Assembly: GCA_963665775.2 (NCBI GenBank)
Contig: CAXXTF010000002.1
Location: forward strand, 608,001 to 672,000
Direction of reading: 5' to 3'
Length of the DNA stretch: 64,000 nucleotides
From: Dehalococcoidia bacterium
GTDB lineage: Bacteria > Chloroflexota > Dehalococcoidia > SM23-28-2 > RBG-16-64-32
The stretch's first letter is position 1. Every line of letters starts with the position of its first letter. A program made the translations under genes and the position numbers. Below the pieces are notes generated by a model. The model made no database searches and was not told the DNA's origin. It worked only from the letters and a program-made list of their open reading frames with translations. Of this stretch, positions 23,726 through 34,107 are shown piece after piece.

Positions 23726-24817
23726 GTGGGTAAGATCAACGTTGCTATCATCGGCGTCGGTAACTGCGCCTCTTCGCTTGTGCAGGGAGTCCATTTTTAC
23801 CGGAGCGTGGAGAACGATGCCACCGTGCCGGGCCTCATGCACGCGAACCTGGGTGGCTATCACATCAGCGACATCGAATTCGTAGCCGCTTTCGATGTTG
23901 ACCGGAATAAGGTGGGCAAGGACATAGCAGAAGCGATTTACGCCCCCCCCAACAACACTCATAAGTTCGCAGACGTGCCAAACCTGGGCGTGACAGTCTC
24001 CCGCGGCATGACCCACGACGGCATCGGCAAGTACCTGGAGGAGGTGGTAACTAAAGCCCCAGGACCGACCGCCGACGTCATCCAGATACTGAAGGACACT
24101 GAGACCGACGTCGTGATCAACTACCTGCCGGTAGGCAGCGAAGAGGCCACAAGATGGTACGTGGAGCAGGTGCTTCAGGCCGGCTGCGCCTTCGTCAACT
24201 GCATCCCGGTCTTCATCGCCCGCGAGGATTACTGGCAGCACCGGTTCCGGGAGCACGATCTGCCCCTCGTCGGTGACGACATCAAGTCCCAGGTCGGGGC
24301 CACGATACTCCATCGCATCCTCACCCGCCTCTTCGTGGAGCGCGGCGTCCGGCTGGACCGGACCTATCAGCTCAACTTCGGCGGGAATACGGATTTCCTC
24401 AACATGTTGGAGCGAGACCGCCTGTCCAGCAAGAAGATATCCAAGACCAACGCCGTCACATCTCAGCTCGACCGCAAGATAGACGACGGAGATATCCACA
24501 TAGGCCCCAGCGACTACGTTCCCTGGCTAAACGACCGTAAGTGGTGCTATGTGCGCATGGAGGGCACCGCCTTCGGCGAGGTGCCTCTGAGCCTGGAGGC
24601 CAAGCTGGAGGTTTGGGACAGCCCGAACTCCGCCGGCGTCGTCATCGACGCCATTCGCTGCTGCAAGCTGGGCTTGGACCGCGGCCTCTCTGGGACCCTC
24701 GTCGGCCCCAGCTCATACTTCATGAAGTCACCGCCACGCCAGTTCACCGACGAACAGGCGCGAATCCTGACCGAGGAGTACATAAAGGCCGAGAACGGCA
24801 GCTCCCCAACTGGCTAG
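23726..24817 (+). CDS. ino1: Inositol-3-phosphate synthase
   Basis: [43 protein letters not shown]. Confidence 0.96.
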   Translation: MGKINVAIIGVGNCASSLVQGVHFYRSVENDATVPGLMHANLGGYHISDIEFVAAFDVDRNKVGKDIAEAIYAPPNNTHKFADVPNLGVTVSRGMTHDGIGKYLEEVVTKAPGPTADVIQILKDTETDVVINYLPVGSEEATRWYVEQVLQAGCAFVNCIPVFIAREDYWQHRFREHDLPLVGDDIKSQVGATILHRILTRLFVERGVRLDRTYQLNFGGNTDFLNMLERDRLSSKKISKTNAVTSQLDRKIDDGDIHIGPSDYVPWLNDRKWCYVRMEGTAFGEVPLSLEAKLEVWDSPNSAGVVIDAIRCCKLGLDRGLSGTLVGPSSYFMKSPPRQFTDEQARILTEEYIKAENGSSPTG

Positions 24818-24828
24818 TCCGGTACGGC

Positions 24829-25746
24829 ATGTGGAAACTCGCCCTGTTCAGGGTGGCGCCTCACACCTTAGGACGGCTCCCTTTGCCCGTTCTGTACAGC
24901 GCCGTCAGCCTCCTCGCCAACCTCTTTTACCTCCTCTCGCCCAAGGCCCGCCGGAACGTTTGGGATAACCTGCGTCACGTGATGCCTGCGGGCACCTCCA
25001 AGGGCCAGATGCGTGCCGCCGCCCGGCGAATCTTCCGGAACGTCTCCCTCTACTACGCTGACCTAATACGCTTGCCCCTAATGGACGTTGACGACTTCGT
25101 CCGCAACCGTCTCATCTTCCATGGCTTCCAGGAGAACCTCCTTCCGGCCATCGAGGCTGGTAACGGGGTCGTCATCATCAGCGGGCACTACGGCAACCCG
25201 GAGCTGGCCCTACAGGCGCTGATACCGCTGGACGTCCGCATCTTCGCCCTAACGGAACCCGTGAAACCCCTCTCCCTCTCCCGGCTCATAGACGATATTC
25301 GCTCCAGCACCGGACACACCTTCGCCGCCGTCAGCGTCGGCAGCGTGAAGAGCGTCATGCAGAGATTGAGACGCGGCGAAGTGGTAGCCCTTATGAGCGA
25401 CCGCGATATCGAAGGTCCGAAAGCGGTCCTGCCCTTCTGCGGCACGGAGACACTCATGCCCACCGGTCCTATCGAAGTCGCCCTTCGCACCGGGGCTGCC
25501 GTCGTCCCTGCCTTCAACTTTCGCAAGGGCAGATACGAGATCGTCGCAAGCCTGGAGAAGCCCCTGGACTTGCAGCGCTCCGGCGACTTCGATGCCGACG
25601 TGCGCGCGGGCACCCTGCGCTTCCTGGAGCGGCTGGAGCAACACCTCCGTGACGACCCCACCCAATGGCTCGTCTTGGAAGCGATCTGGGAGCCTCTTGA
25701 CGAACCCGCTCTCGAGCCGGCCGCCGCCGGCAGGGGGGAAGCGTGA
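24829..25746 (+). CDS. Lysophospholipid/PIM acyltransferase (PatA/HtrB-like)
   Basis: SGHYGNPE (Hx4E), ALMSDRD, PTQW. Confidence 0.85.
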   Translation: MWKLALFRVAPHTLGRLPLPVLYSAVSLLANLFYLLSPKARRNVWDNLRHVMPAGTSKGQMRAAARRIFRNVSLYYADLIRLPLMDVDDFVRNRLIFHGFQENLLPAIEAGNGVVIISGHYGNPELALQALIPLDVRIFALTEPVKPLSLSRLIDDIRSSTGHTFAAVSVGSVKSVMQRLRRGEVVALMSDRDIEGPKAVLPFCGTETLMPTGPIEVALRTGAAVVPAFNFRKGRYEIVASLEKPLDLQRSGDFDADVRAGTLRFLERLEQHLRDDPTQWLVLEAIWEPLDEPALEPAAAGRGEA

Positions 25747-26516
25747 ACAGCGACCGCCTGGGCAAGGCCGACCTGCACCTCCACACAGCCCTTGGCGATG
25801 GGATGGCAGAGGTTCCAGCGCTGCTCGACTACGTTCAGGAGCAGACCGACCTAGACGTAGTCGCCGTCACTGACCACGACGACATTCGAGGTGCCTGGGA
25901 GGTCCGCGAGGCCTGGGCCAGAGGCCGCTACCGCTTCCAGGTAGTGCTAGGCATAGAGGTTACCACCATCGAGGGCCACCTGTTGGCCCTGTTCGTCGAG
26001 GAGCCAGTGCCCGGCCTCCGCCACTTGGAGGAGACGCTTCAGGCGGTGCACCGCCAGGGCGGGATCTGCATCATCCCTCATCCCTTGAGCTGGCTCACCC
26101 GCAGCCTGGGTCAGCGCACCATCCAACGTGTCATCGACTCGCCCCGCGAGGGGATTCACTTCGAGGGGATAGAGACGGCTAATCAGGCGCCCGGCAGCCG
26201 CATACGCCTGCGAAAGGCCACGGACCTGAACCGCCGCCACTTTCACTTGGCCGAGGTAGGCGGCAGCGACGCTCACTTCCTCAAGGCTATCGGCACCGCC
26301 TACACGGAGTTTCCCGGCCGCAGCGTCGAGGATCTGCGGCGAAGCATCCTGGAACACACCACCCGCGGTGTCAACGGCCGCCACCCCAAGCTCCTACAGA
26401 TCGGCCCGGGACAGCTGCTGCGGCAGACCTGGCGCGGCTTGACGGTAACCCCCCGCAGGATGGGCTGGGGCCCTACGGCATCTAGCTTCGTGAAGCGCAT
26501 CTTCCACCTCCAATGA
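25743..26516 (+). CDS. PHP-domain phosphoesterase
   Basis: DLHLHT, VTDHD, GHLL, PHP, GGSDAH. Confidence 0.9.
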   Translation: MNSDRLGKADLHLHTALGDGMAEVPALLDYVQEQTDLDVVAVTDHDDIRGAWEVREAWARGRYRFQVVLGIEVTTIEGHLLALFVEEPVPGLRHLEETLQAVHRQGGICIIPHPLSWLTRSLGQRTIQRVIDSPREGIHFEGIETANQAPGSRIRLRKATDLNRRHFHLAEVGGSDAHFLKAIGTAYTEFPGRSVEDLRRSILEHTTRGVNGRHPKLLQIGPGQLLRQTWRGLTVTPRRMGWGPTASSFVKRIFHLQ

Positions 26517-27658
26517 AGATAGCCCTCGTTTCCCCCTACGACTGGGCCGTCCCCGGCGGCGTCAACAGCCACCTGTCGCAGCTGGCCAAGCAGTTCATCA
26601 GAGCCGGCCATACCGTCCGCATCGTCGCCCCCTCGTCGCGGCCGGGCAGCCACGATTGCGACTACCTGACGATCATCGGCGAGAACACCTTCGGCCTCCC
26701 TGCCAGCGGCTCTATAGCCAACGTTTGCCTCTCCTTCAACCTGGGCCCTCGTGTTAAGCGCCTCCTGGCCCGAGAGGGGTTCGACCTCGTCCACCTCCAC
26801 GAGCCGTTCATGCCCCTGCTCCCGTTCCAGTTCATTCGCTATCCCCGCGCTACCACCGTGGCTACGTTTCACGCTACCCGCGAGGGCGGCAGCCGCCTTT
26901 ACGCCTACTCCCGGTTCATCCTCAAGCCCTGGTGGCCCAACATAGACGGACGTACCGCCGTCTCTCGCGTTGCCCTCCGAATGATCGGCCGCTACTTCCC
27001 GGGCCGCTACCGGATCATCCCCAACGGCATCGACTACCCTTTCTTCGCCGCCCGGGTCCCACCCATCCCTTCCTTCATGGACAACAAGAGGAATATCCTT
27101 TTCCTGGGCCGGCAGGAGAAGCGCAAGGGCCTGCCTTACCTCCTCGAGGCCTACGCCCAACTGAAACGCGAAATGCCCGACATACGGCTCATCGTAGTGG
27201 GACCGGACGGTGGGATGCGCGCCGCCTGCCTACGTTATGTCGAGCACCATCAGCTCCAGGACGTTCATTTCACCGGCCTTATCCCCGCGGAGGAGTTGCC
27301 CCGCTACTACAAGACGGCGGACATCTTCTGTGCTCCCAACACCGGTCAGGAGAGCTTCGGCATCGTCCTCCTGGAGGCGATGGCCGCCGGTACCCCCGTC
27401 GTCGCCTCCAGCATCGAGGGGTTCGCGGGCCTGCTGGCCGATGGCGAAGACGGCCTGCTGGCGCCGCCGCGCGACAGCGAAGGACTATGCGCTGCCCTGA
27501 AGCGCCTCTTGTCAGACGATGCCATGCGGGAGGAGATGGGTAGACAGGCCAGCAAGACCGCCCAACGATACAGCTGGGATCGGGTCTCCACCCAGGTGCT
27601 CGACTACTACGAAGAGACCATCGCCGCCCACAACCAGGGCGACGGCGCCACCCCTTAG
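26513..27658 (+). CDS. GT4 glycosyltransferase, PimA-like
   Basis: MKIALVSPYDWAVPGGV, HLHEP, RKG, ESFGIVLLEAMA. Confidence 0.9.
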   Translation: MKIALVSPYDWAVPGGVNSHLSQLAKQFIRAGHTVRIVAPSSRPGSHDCDYLTIIGENTFGLPASGSIANVCLSFNLGPRVKRLLAREGFDLVHLHEPFMPLLPFQFIRYPRATTVATFHATREGGSRLYAYSRFILKPWWPNIDGRTAVSRVALRMIGRYFPGRYRIIPNGIDYPFFAARVPPIPSFMDNKRNILFLGRQEKRKGLPYLLEAYAQLKREMPDIRLIVVGPDGGMRAACLRYVEHHQLQDVHFTGLIPAEELPRYYKTADIFCAPNTGQESFGIVLLEAMAAGTPVVASSIEGFAGLLADGEDGLLAPPRDSEGLCAALKRLLSDDAMREEMGRQASKTAQRYSWDRVSTQVLDYYEETIAAHNQGDGATP

Positions 27659-28246
27659 ATGCCCACCCTTCTGCCCCGGTCCGCCCCCCACTGGCTGACG
27701 GACCCTGTCGTCGGTGTCCTGGCCAGCCTCGGCGTCACCCCGAACATGTTGACCGCCGCCGGCGTCCTCGGCAACATCGCCGCCGCCGTCCTCGCCGCCC
27801 GTGGCGACTTCCTGCCCGCCGGCATCGTCGTCCTGGCCGCCAGCTCCCTCGACATGTTCGACGGTGCCCTGGCCCGCGCCACCGGACGCGTCACCGATTT
27901 CGGCTCCGTCTTCGACGCCGTCATGGACCGCGTCTCCGAGTCGGCCGTCCTCTTCGGCCTCCTGGTCTACTTCAGCGACCGCGGCGGCCGCACTGAGGAG
28001 CTGCTCCTCTTCGCCGCTGTCGCCGGCTCGTTCCTCGTAAGCTACATCCGTGCCCGCGCCGAAATCATCGATGTCACCCTGCGGGAGGGGCTCCTCACCC
28101 GCGTCGAGCGCGTGCTCCTTCTGGGTGGGGGCCTTACAATAGACCAGGTGACCCCAATGCTCTGGATACTGGCCGTCCTCGCCGGCGCCACAGCCGCCCA
28201 GCGTCTACTCATCGTCTGGATCAGGGCCCGCAGGCAGGAGGAGTGA
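27659..28246 (+). CDS. CDP-alcohol phosphatidyltransferase (PIP synthase-like)
   Basis: TPNMLT, DMFDGALAR..G..FDAVMDR, SYIRARAE. Confidence 0.9.
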   Translation: MPTLLPRSAPHWLTDPVVGVLASLGVTPNMLTAAGVLGNIAAAVLAARGDFLPAGIVVLAASSLDMFDGALARATGRVTDFGSVFDAVMDRVSESAVLFGLLVYFSDRGGRTEELLLFAAVAGSFLVSYIRARAEIIDVTLREGLLTRVERVLLLGGGLTIDQVTPMLWILAVLAGATAAQRLLIVWIRARRQEE

Positions 28247-28247
28247 C

Positions 28248-29024
28248 ATGATCCCCCTCAAGGAGCAGGAGATCGTCCGCGAGAAGTTCGCTCACGAGCT
28301 CACCGGCCCCGTGAAGATCGATCTCTTCACCGCGCGGGAGCGGGCCCTGACCGTCCCCGACGAGCAACCCTGCGCCGGCTGCAAACCCACACGTGAGCTG
28401 CTTCAGGAGCTCTCCTCCCTCAGCGACCTCCTGAGCCTCCGCGTCCACATCTGGAAGGAGGCCAAGGAAGAGCGGGAGAGGCTGGGCATCGTGCGAGTGC
28501 CGGGCATCGCCCTCCGCGACCACGGTAGTGCCGCCGTCAAGTTCTACGGCTTCCCCAGCGGCACCGAGTTCCCCGGCTTCGTCCAGTCCATTATCGACAT
28601 CTCGCGGGGCGAACCTCTCCTCCCGCCCTTATCCGTCAAGTCCCTCCGCAAGCTGAAAGACGATGTCACGGTCCGCGTCTTCGTCACGCCCACCTGCCCC
28701 TACTGCCCCCAGATGGCGCGTGCCGCCTACCATCTGGCCCTCGCCAACCCCAAGGTTCAGGCCGAGGTCATCGAGATCACCGAGTTCCCGGAGCTGGCCC
28801 AGCGCTACGACGTGCGCGCCGTCCCCCTCACCGTCATTGCCGACAAGGCTCGCATAGCGGGCGTGGTCCAGCCGGAAGTCCTGGTGGATCAACTCCTGAC
28901 GGCGGCTCGGTCGCCGGCCGCCGATACGCCACAGGCAGCGGGCTCTTCCCTGCTGGTCTCTCCTGCCGCCGAGGGACCGCCAAGGCGCGGCCAGCAGCGC
29001 GACAGCGGCCTCATAATCCCCTAG
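28248..29024 (+). CDS. Protein disulfide oxidoreductase (two thioredoxin folds)
   Basis: CAGC and TPTCPYCP motifs. Confidence 0.88.
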   Translation: MIPLKEQEIVREKFAHELTGPVKIDLFTARERALTVPDEQPCAGCKPTRELLQELSSLSDLLSLRVHIWKEAKEERERLGIVRVPGIALRDHGSAAVKFYGFPSGTEFPGFVQSIIDISRGEPLLPPLSVKSLRKLKDDVTVRVFVTPTCPYCPQMARAAYHLALANPKVQAEVIEITEFPELAQRYDVRAVPLTVIADKARIAGVVQPEVLVDQLLTAARSPAADTPQAAGSSLLVSPAAEGPPRRGQQRDSGLIIP

Positions 29025-29025
29025 C
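29010..29025 (+). repeat. attL core of integrative element
   Basis: CTCATAATCCCCTAGC, identical to 49569-49584. Confidence 0.88.
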
Positions 29026-29345
29026 TAATCATCGACCTGGTTCCGCTGATCCCGCCAGAGGCACCCAAATCGTATCTGAGTCAGGTCGATTTAGCACTTG
29101 CCCAGAAGCTCTGCAAATCACCGGAGGGCCATTTTGCAAACGAAATGCAAACATGCGCCCACCGCCTAGTTGCCGCTTCAATACGAACGGAGTTCTTGTA
29201 TCACAGTCCTCCTACGGCACAGGCGACCAGGCGGGCGCGGGCAAGAGTTCGGAAATACGTTCGGATTATACCCCCGCCGAAGAGGCGGTCAAATGCCACA
29301 AGTGACCGCCACCGTGACGGCCTTAATCGGGAGGGCGTCCACGAC

Positions 29346-30485
29346 CTAGCCGAATACCAGCGCAGCCACCTTCTCAGCGGCCTCTTCCTGCATTGCTGGA
29401 ATCGCGTGAGAGTAGGTGTCCAAAGTAATGGATACCGTTGCGTGGCCAAGTCTCTCGCTTACCACCTTTGGGTGGACACCGGCGCTTAGGGCGAGTGTCG
29501 CATGTGTGTGCCGCAGATCATGAAGGCGGATAGGTGGTAAGCCAGTGGCCTTGATGTGCCGCTCGAACCAGGCGGAGAAGCGGTCGGGATGAATCGCCTC
29601 CCCATCCTCAAGACGAAATACTAGGTCGCTGTCCGGCCAATCCTGCCCGAACACGAGCCGTTCCTCAATCTGAACCCTGCGATGCTCACGCAGGGCGGCC
29701 ACAGTGGCCGCGTCCAGCGCCACGGATCGCCTCCCTTTCGCCGTCTTGGGAGTGGAATACGATGGCTTGTTCCGTACTGTAACGAGAGTCTGCGTCACGG
29801 CTATCCTGCCTGCGTCGAGATCGACATCCCGCCAGCGCAGGCCCAGCACCTCACCCCTCCGCATACCTGTCGTGGCGGCCACGAGCCACGCCGCGTATAA
29901 GCGATCATCCTTCACCTGCTCCAAGAAGGCGCGAAGCTCCTGGGCACTCCAGGTTCGCATCTGGCCACCAGTTGAGCTCTGGCGCGGTGGATCGGCAAGA
30001 TCCGAAACATTCCGAGCAAGCTGATTCCACCTCACTGCCTCGGAGAGGGCCTTCCGCAGGATGGTGTGGTTGTAACGCACCGTACGGGCGCTTAGACCTC
30101 CGCTGCCTCCCCTCCTGCCACTCTCTAGCAGTTCCGCGTAGAAAGCGTTCAGGCCAGACGCAGTGAGGCCCTGGAGGGGTGTCGTGCCGATACGCGGGAT
30201 GATATGCGACCCGACGTTCATCTGATAGGATGCCCAGGTCGAGGGTCTAAGCTTCGGCCGGATAGCAGCTAGCCAGCCGCGCAAGAAATGGGCGAGGGTC
30301 TGTTTCGAAGGCTCCACGTAAAGGCCGCTCTGCAACCTGCCGAGAATCTCAGTCAGCGCCTTCGAAGCCTCTCGCTTAGTGTCGAAGCCCGAGTGCCATC
30401 TCTGCTTCCGGCGGCCGTTCTCGTCGTAGCCGGTATCTACAACGACCACCCACTTCTCGCCGCGCCGCCTGATATGTCCTCTCAT
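29346..30485 (-). CDS. Tyrosine integrase (Tn916/ICEBs1-like, with arm-binding N-domain)
   Basis: GMRRGE, HDLRHTHAT, RLGH, TLDTYSH. Confidence 0.95.
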   Translation of the reverse strand: MRGHIRRRGEKWVVVVDTGYDENGRRKQRWHSGFDTKREASKALTEILGRLQSGLYVEPSKQTLAHFLRGWLAAIRPKLRPSTWASYQMNVGSHIIPRIGTTPLQGLTASGLNAFYAELLESGRRGGSGGLSARTVRYNHTILRKALSEAVRWNQLARNVSDLADPPRQSSTGGQMRTWSAQELRAFLEQVKDDRLYAAWLVAATTGMRRGEVLGLRWRDVDLDAGRIAVTQTLVTVRNKPSYSTPKTAKGRRSVALDAATVAALREHRRVQIEERLVFGQDWPDSDLVFRLEDGEAIHPDRFSAWFERHIKATGLPPIRLHDLRHTHATLALSAGVHPKVVSERLGHATVSITLDTYSHAIPAMQEEAAEKVAALVFG

Positions 30486-31333
30486 CGATGCGCTCCTTTC
30501 TGTCTCTCGCGAGAACGACGTGCATTACTGCGATTCCTGCATCCCGCATCATGGTATTCCTGACGTGGGTCAACCATCGCATAGAGGCGTCCGCAGCCAT
30601 TGCAGGTGCTCAAACTCCGACCACCCGTGAACGCCTCGTAGGCTTGAAGCCAGGCTACGGAGATCAGATCCTGACAGGAAAATCCGGTTTGGAGCCGACC
30701 AGAACGGTCATCTCTAAGCAGGACAAGGGATACCACCGGGAGGTAGGTTGAAATAGCCATCTGGAGATCCAGCTGCAGGCCGGAGAGTTCGCTGTCACTG
30801 CGCCGCTCCTCGTCGTCCAGCGCATCTTTTTCAAGCGAGCGTACCTGCCGGATTAGTACTAGTGCTTTGTTGAGTTCGTATGCTTCACTGATAAAGTCAG
30901 CCACCCGCCACCCAATGGGGGTAAGTTCGGTTCGGGGAATACGTAACGGTCCATGATCGCGCACGAATCTTAGAACTCGCTGTTGGATACCCCTGTCCTC
31001 TGCGGCCGAGACACTCCAATCAGGTGGCCCGAGTGGTTCACCTCGTCTAGCTATCTCACTTGGTTCTCCCCGTCCTCTGCGCGCCGGAACTTTCGCATCA
31101 ATTTCGCTCGCTATTCGCTCTCCCTCTTGGCAAGCTCTTGCGCCAAGCGCCGCTAGCTCCTCGAAGAGGCGTGGCACCTCATCCAACGGCCGGTAAGGAT
31201 TGTCCCACGGATGCGGCCAGCCTTGGTCGTAGACTATTAAAGGAGGGAGGCTGGCCACATCCGCCAGAACGCTCCACCCTTCGGACTTGCCTCGTGGCCA
31301 CGTGAAAGCCAATATAGTCGTACTTTTCATCAC
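30482..31333 (-). CDS. Hypothetical protein with C-terminal CGNR-like zinc finger
   Basis: CNGCGRLY...YHDAGCRNRSNARR; overlaps integrase start. Confidence 0.65.
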   Translation of the reverse strand: MMKSTTILAFTWPRGKSEGWSVLADVASLPPLIVYDQGWPHPWDNPYRPLDEVPRLFEELAALGARACQEGERIASEIDAKVPARRGRGEPSEIARRGEPLGPPDWSVSAAEDRGIQQRVLRFVRDHGPLRIPRTELTPIGWRVADFISEAYELNKALVLIRQVRSLEKDALDDEERRSDSELSGLQLDLQMAISTYLPVVSLVLLRDDRSGRLQTGFSCQDLISVAWLQAYEAFTGGRSLSTCNGCGRLYAMVDPRQEYHDAGCRNRSNARRSRERQKGAHR

Positions 31334-31439
31334 TAGTATTGCAAAAGTAATAGCATCTCAGCTTGTCTCAACATACTATTCTACTTTACGCTTCATCACG
31401 GAACTAGGTCAACCCATCACCATCCTGAGGAGGCAAGAG

Positions 31440-31640
31440 GTGGAAGGCAATAGGACATTGTCCATCGAGGCAGCAGCGAAAGAGATCGGCATCTCACGGT
31501 GGCTTGCATACGACCTGGCTCGAAGGGGCAAATTTCCGTGCCGTATCCTGCGAGTGGGCCGCCTTCTAAAAGTGCCCCGTGCCGAGCTGGAGCGCCTGCT
31601 AGGCGAGCAGGAACATGAGCTCGGGGGTCGTAGAGGTTGA
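31440..31640 (+). CDS. Excisionase-like HTH protein
   Basis: LSIEAAAKEIGISRWLAYDLARRGKFP..RVGRLLKVP. Confidence 0.8.
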   Translation: MEGNRTLSIEAAAKEIGISRWLAYDLARRGKFPCRILRVGRLLKVPRAELERLLGEQEHELGGRRG

Positions 31641-31704
31641 CTTACAGGCGCTGGCTCACCGGGGCTACCAGGGAGCGACCCTTCAGCAAGGGACGAGGCG
31701 CGGG

Positions 31705-32820
31705 ATGACGTTGCCAACGCTCCCTGGGGTCGCCTGTCCTCTCTGTCGGAAGTCCGTCAAGGAAGCGCCGGATGGCTCCCTGCTATGCACGAACTGCCGT
31801 TTGCCCGTAGACCGCTGTGACTTAATTCCAGATGGCGCTGCCGAGGCCAGAAAGGAACATTTCGTTCAAGCCCGGAGCAATAACGGACGGACGCCAGACC
31901 GTCAGCCGAAGTATCGGACTCTTCGCGAAATAGCGGCGAACCCCGTACCAGAGCCACCGATGCAGATAGATGGGATCTGCAGGGAGGGTGAAGTCGGTAT
32001 ACTGACCGGCCCGGCAAATCGCCTCAAGTCCCGCATGGGCGCTGAACTGGCTATCTCAATAGCTTCCGGCCTGCCAGCATTCGGTAGGTTCACAGTGCAG
32101 CGGCCAGGCAAGGCTCTTATCGTTCAGAACGAAATCCACACTGGGGTCTTCGACCGGAGAATGATAGCCCGTGCCGGCCCCGAGGCCGATTGGTGGGATC
32201 GCCTTCTCGTTATTAGCCGCCAGAATTTTCGCATCGACTCCGAAAACATGCTACAGCTTGACACCTTGATGACGCAGGAGCATATCACCTTCCTTCTCCT
32301 CGATCCCATGTCCGAAATGTGGCCAGGAGGCCGAGTGTTCGATGAGAACCGTGCCTCGGACGTCACAGAAGTAATCGATCGCCTCAAGGAACTCAGGGAT
32401 AAGGGTCGAACCATCATTTTCGTGCACCATGACCCGAAGGACAGGGAACGACGGGCCAGGGGCTCCGGCCGTCTCATCGATGCGCCTGACCTTCGCATCT
32501 TTCTCAAGGCTGTCGACAGGCAGGGTACTGAGACAGCCAGAGCGAGGGTTCATATCGAGTCCCGCACGATGCCCCCTCCGGACGATTTCGACATTACTCT
32601 GGGACATGAGGGACGGCTTCATCATGAGCCAGCCGGCCTCACGGATGACCAGGAAGAGACCCTGGATGCTCTTAAAGGACTGGATCGCCCTACTACCGCC
32701 GAATTCGCTGGAGCCCTGGGTGTCGAAACACATGCGGCGCTAGGACGACTGAAGCGGCTGAAGAAGAGGGGGAAGGTGGCTTCGGAAGGCACTAAACCCT
32801 TCCGATGGAGGATACTCTGA
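31705..32820 (+). CDS. AAA_25/RepA-like helicase with N-terminal Zn finger and C-terminal wHTH
   Basis: CPLC/CTNC; variant Walker A GPANRLKS; LLLDP; DEN; VHH; ARGSG. Confidence 0.75.
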   Translation: MTLPTLPGVACPLCRKSVKEAPDGSLLCTNCRLPVDRCDLIPDGAAEARKEHFVQARSNNGRTPDRQPKYRTLREIAANPVPEPPMQIDGICREGEVGILTGPANRLKSRMGAELAISIASGLPAFGRFTVQRPGKALIVQNEIHTGVFDRRMIARAGPEADWWDRLLVISRQNFRIDSENMLQLDTLMTQEHITFLLLDPMSEMWPGGRVFDENRASDVTEVIDRLKELRDKGRTIIFVHHDPKDRERRARGSGRLIDAPDLRIFLKAVDRQGTETARARVHIESRTMPPPDDFDITLGHEGRLHHEPAGLTDDQEETLDALKGLDRPTTAEFAGALGVETHAALGRLKRLKKRGKVASEGTKPFRWRIL

Positions 32821-32978
32821 GAACGTGCATTAGAGATCGTAACGACGGAACGCTTACGGTATATATGCCGTTACCCCATTACCAAAGAATGAAGCGGCTA
32901 GAGGAACGGTGTAACGCCCTATATAAAGAGGATCACAAATCGGGCATTGGTGCCTTCGCATCATCGAGGTGGCGCTAG

Positions 32979-33182
32979 ATGGCAGGCGGTGACAGGACAA
33001 GGGCGAATTCTCGCCTCGTCGAGCTATTGGCTGGCGGAAGGACGGTTGAGGCCGCAGCCACTGAGGCCGGCATATCCGAGCGGACTGTCTACCGGCGACT
33101 AGAAGACCCGGAGTTCCGCCAGCAGTTGGGCCAGCTAAGGGGGCACATGCTGCTGGGACTGGTATCCGGGGCAATAGCATAG
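32979..33182 (+). CDS. Small HTH protein (resembles terminase small-subunit N-terminal HTH; possibly truncated)
   Basis: LLAGGRTVEAAATEAGISERTVYRRLEDPEF. Confidence 0.6.
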   Translation: MAGGDRTRANSRLVELLAGGRTVEAAATEAGISERTVYRRLEDPEFRQQLGQLRGHMLLGLVSGAIA

Positions 33183-33197
33183 GGGTAACACAACGCG

Positions 33198-33524
33198 ATG
33201 GCTTGGGAGACACGGAGACGGGGGGGACTGTATTACACGCGCAGCAAGAAAGTGGATGGTCGCGTGGTGCGCGAGTACGTCGGAGGTGGCCTCGCGGGCC
33301 AGCTGGCGGCTGCGTCGGATGCTGCGGAGCGTGCGAACCGGCAGGCCCGGGCCGAGTCGTGGCGCGACGAGCGAAGCAGGCTTGAGGAAGTGGATGCGTC
33401 GATGACAGAACTGTGTGAGGTTGCCGAAAGGCTTGCACACGTGGCTCTGGAATTGGCTGGGTATCGTCGACACCACCGAGGGGAATGGAGGCGAAGACAT
33501 GGGAACAGCGATAGGCCCGACTGA
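33198..33524 (+). CDS. Hypothetical protein
   Basis: YYTRSKKVDGRVVREYVG then a coiled coil; RBS present. Confidence 0.7.
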   Translation: MAWETRRRGGLYYTRSKKVDGRVVREYVGGGLAGQLAAASDAAERANRQARAESWRDERSRLEEVDASMTELCEVAERLAHVALELAGYRRHHRGEWRRRHGNSDRPD

Positions 33525-34044
33525 GCATGTTGGTCAACTCGGAAGGAAGCAAGAGACATCCGATCTCCTTCAAAGAGCCGGAGAAGGAGACAGGAGTGTG
33601 CTACCGGCTTTGAGGCAGCGGTTCGAGGAGTACCCTGTACTGTGGGAAGAGTGTGGCGACTTGGCAGTCCAGGCGGAGCGATCTCAGGTCAGGTTGATGA
33701 CCGGTGCCAACGAGATAGCGGCAGAGGCACTGGATCGAAAGCTTGCATCTTTGAGGAAGGAGCTCGCAGGCGCGAATCCGACTCCGTTGGATAGATTGCT
33801 CATACAGCGGGTCGTGGCCTGCTGGTTACAGGTGCAGCATGCTGACGTGACGTACACTCAAGCCATGCAAGATGGTGTGGACTTAGCGCATGGGGACTAC
33901 TATCAGCGCCGCCAAGACCGCGCCCAACGGAGGTACTTGTCCGCCATTCGCACGCTAGCCCAGGTACGGCGACTGCTCACGCCTCAAGTTCAGCTTAATG
34001 TCGCATCGCAGCAAGTGAACGTGGCCCAGATCCAGACGAGTTAG
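33499..34044 (+). CDS. Hypothetical helical protein
   Basis: GGAGG before ATG 33499; C-terminus QVQLNVASQQVNV. Confidence 0.7.
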   Translation: MGTAIGPTEHVGQLGRKQETSDLLQRAGEGDRSVLPALRQRFEEYPVLWEECGDLAVQAERSQVRLMTGANEIAAEALDRKLASLRKELAGANPTPLDRLLIQRVVACWLQVQHADVTYTQAMQDGVDLAHGDYYQRRQDRAQRRYLSAIRTLAQVRRLLTPQVQLNVASQQVNVAQIQTS

Positions 34045-34107
34045 ACGCACGGCGTCTGACGTGAGCAGCGAGAGCAGCGCGGTTCGTCAGTGCTCCCGTA
34101 GAAAACC

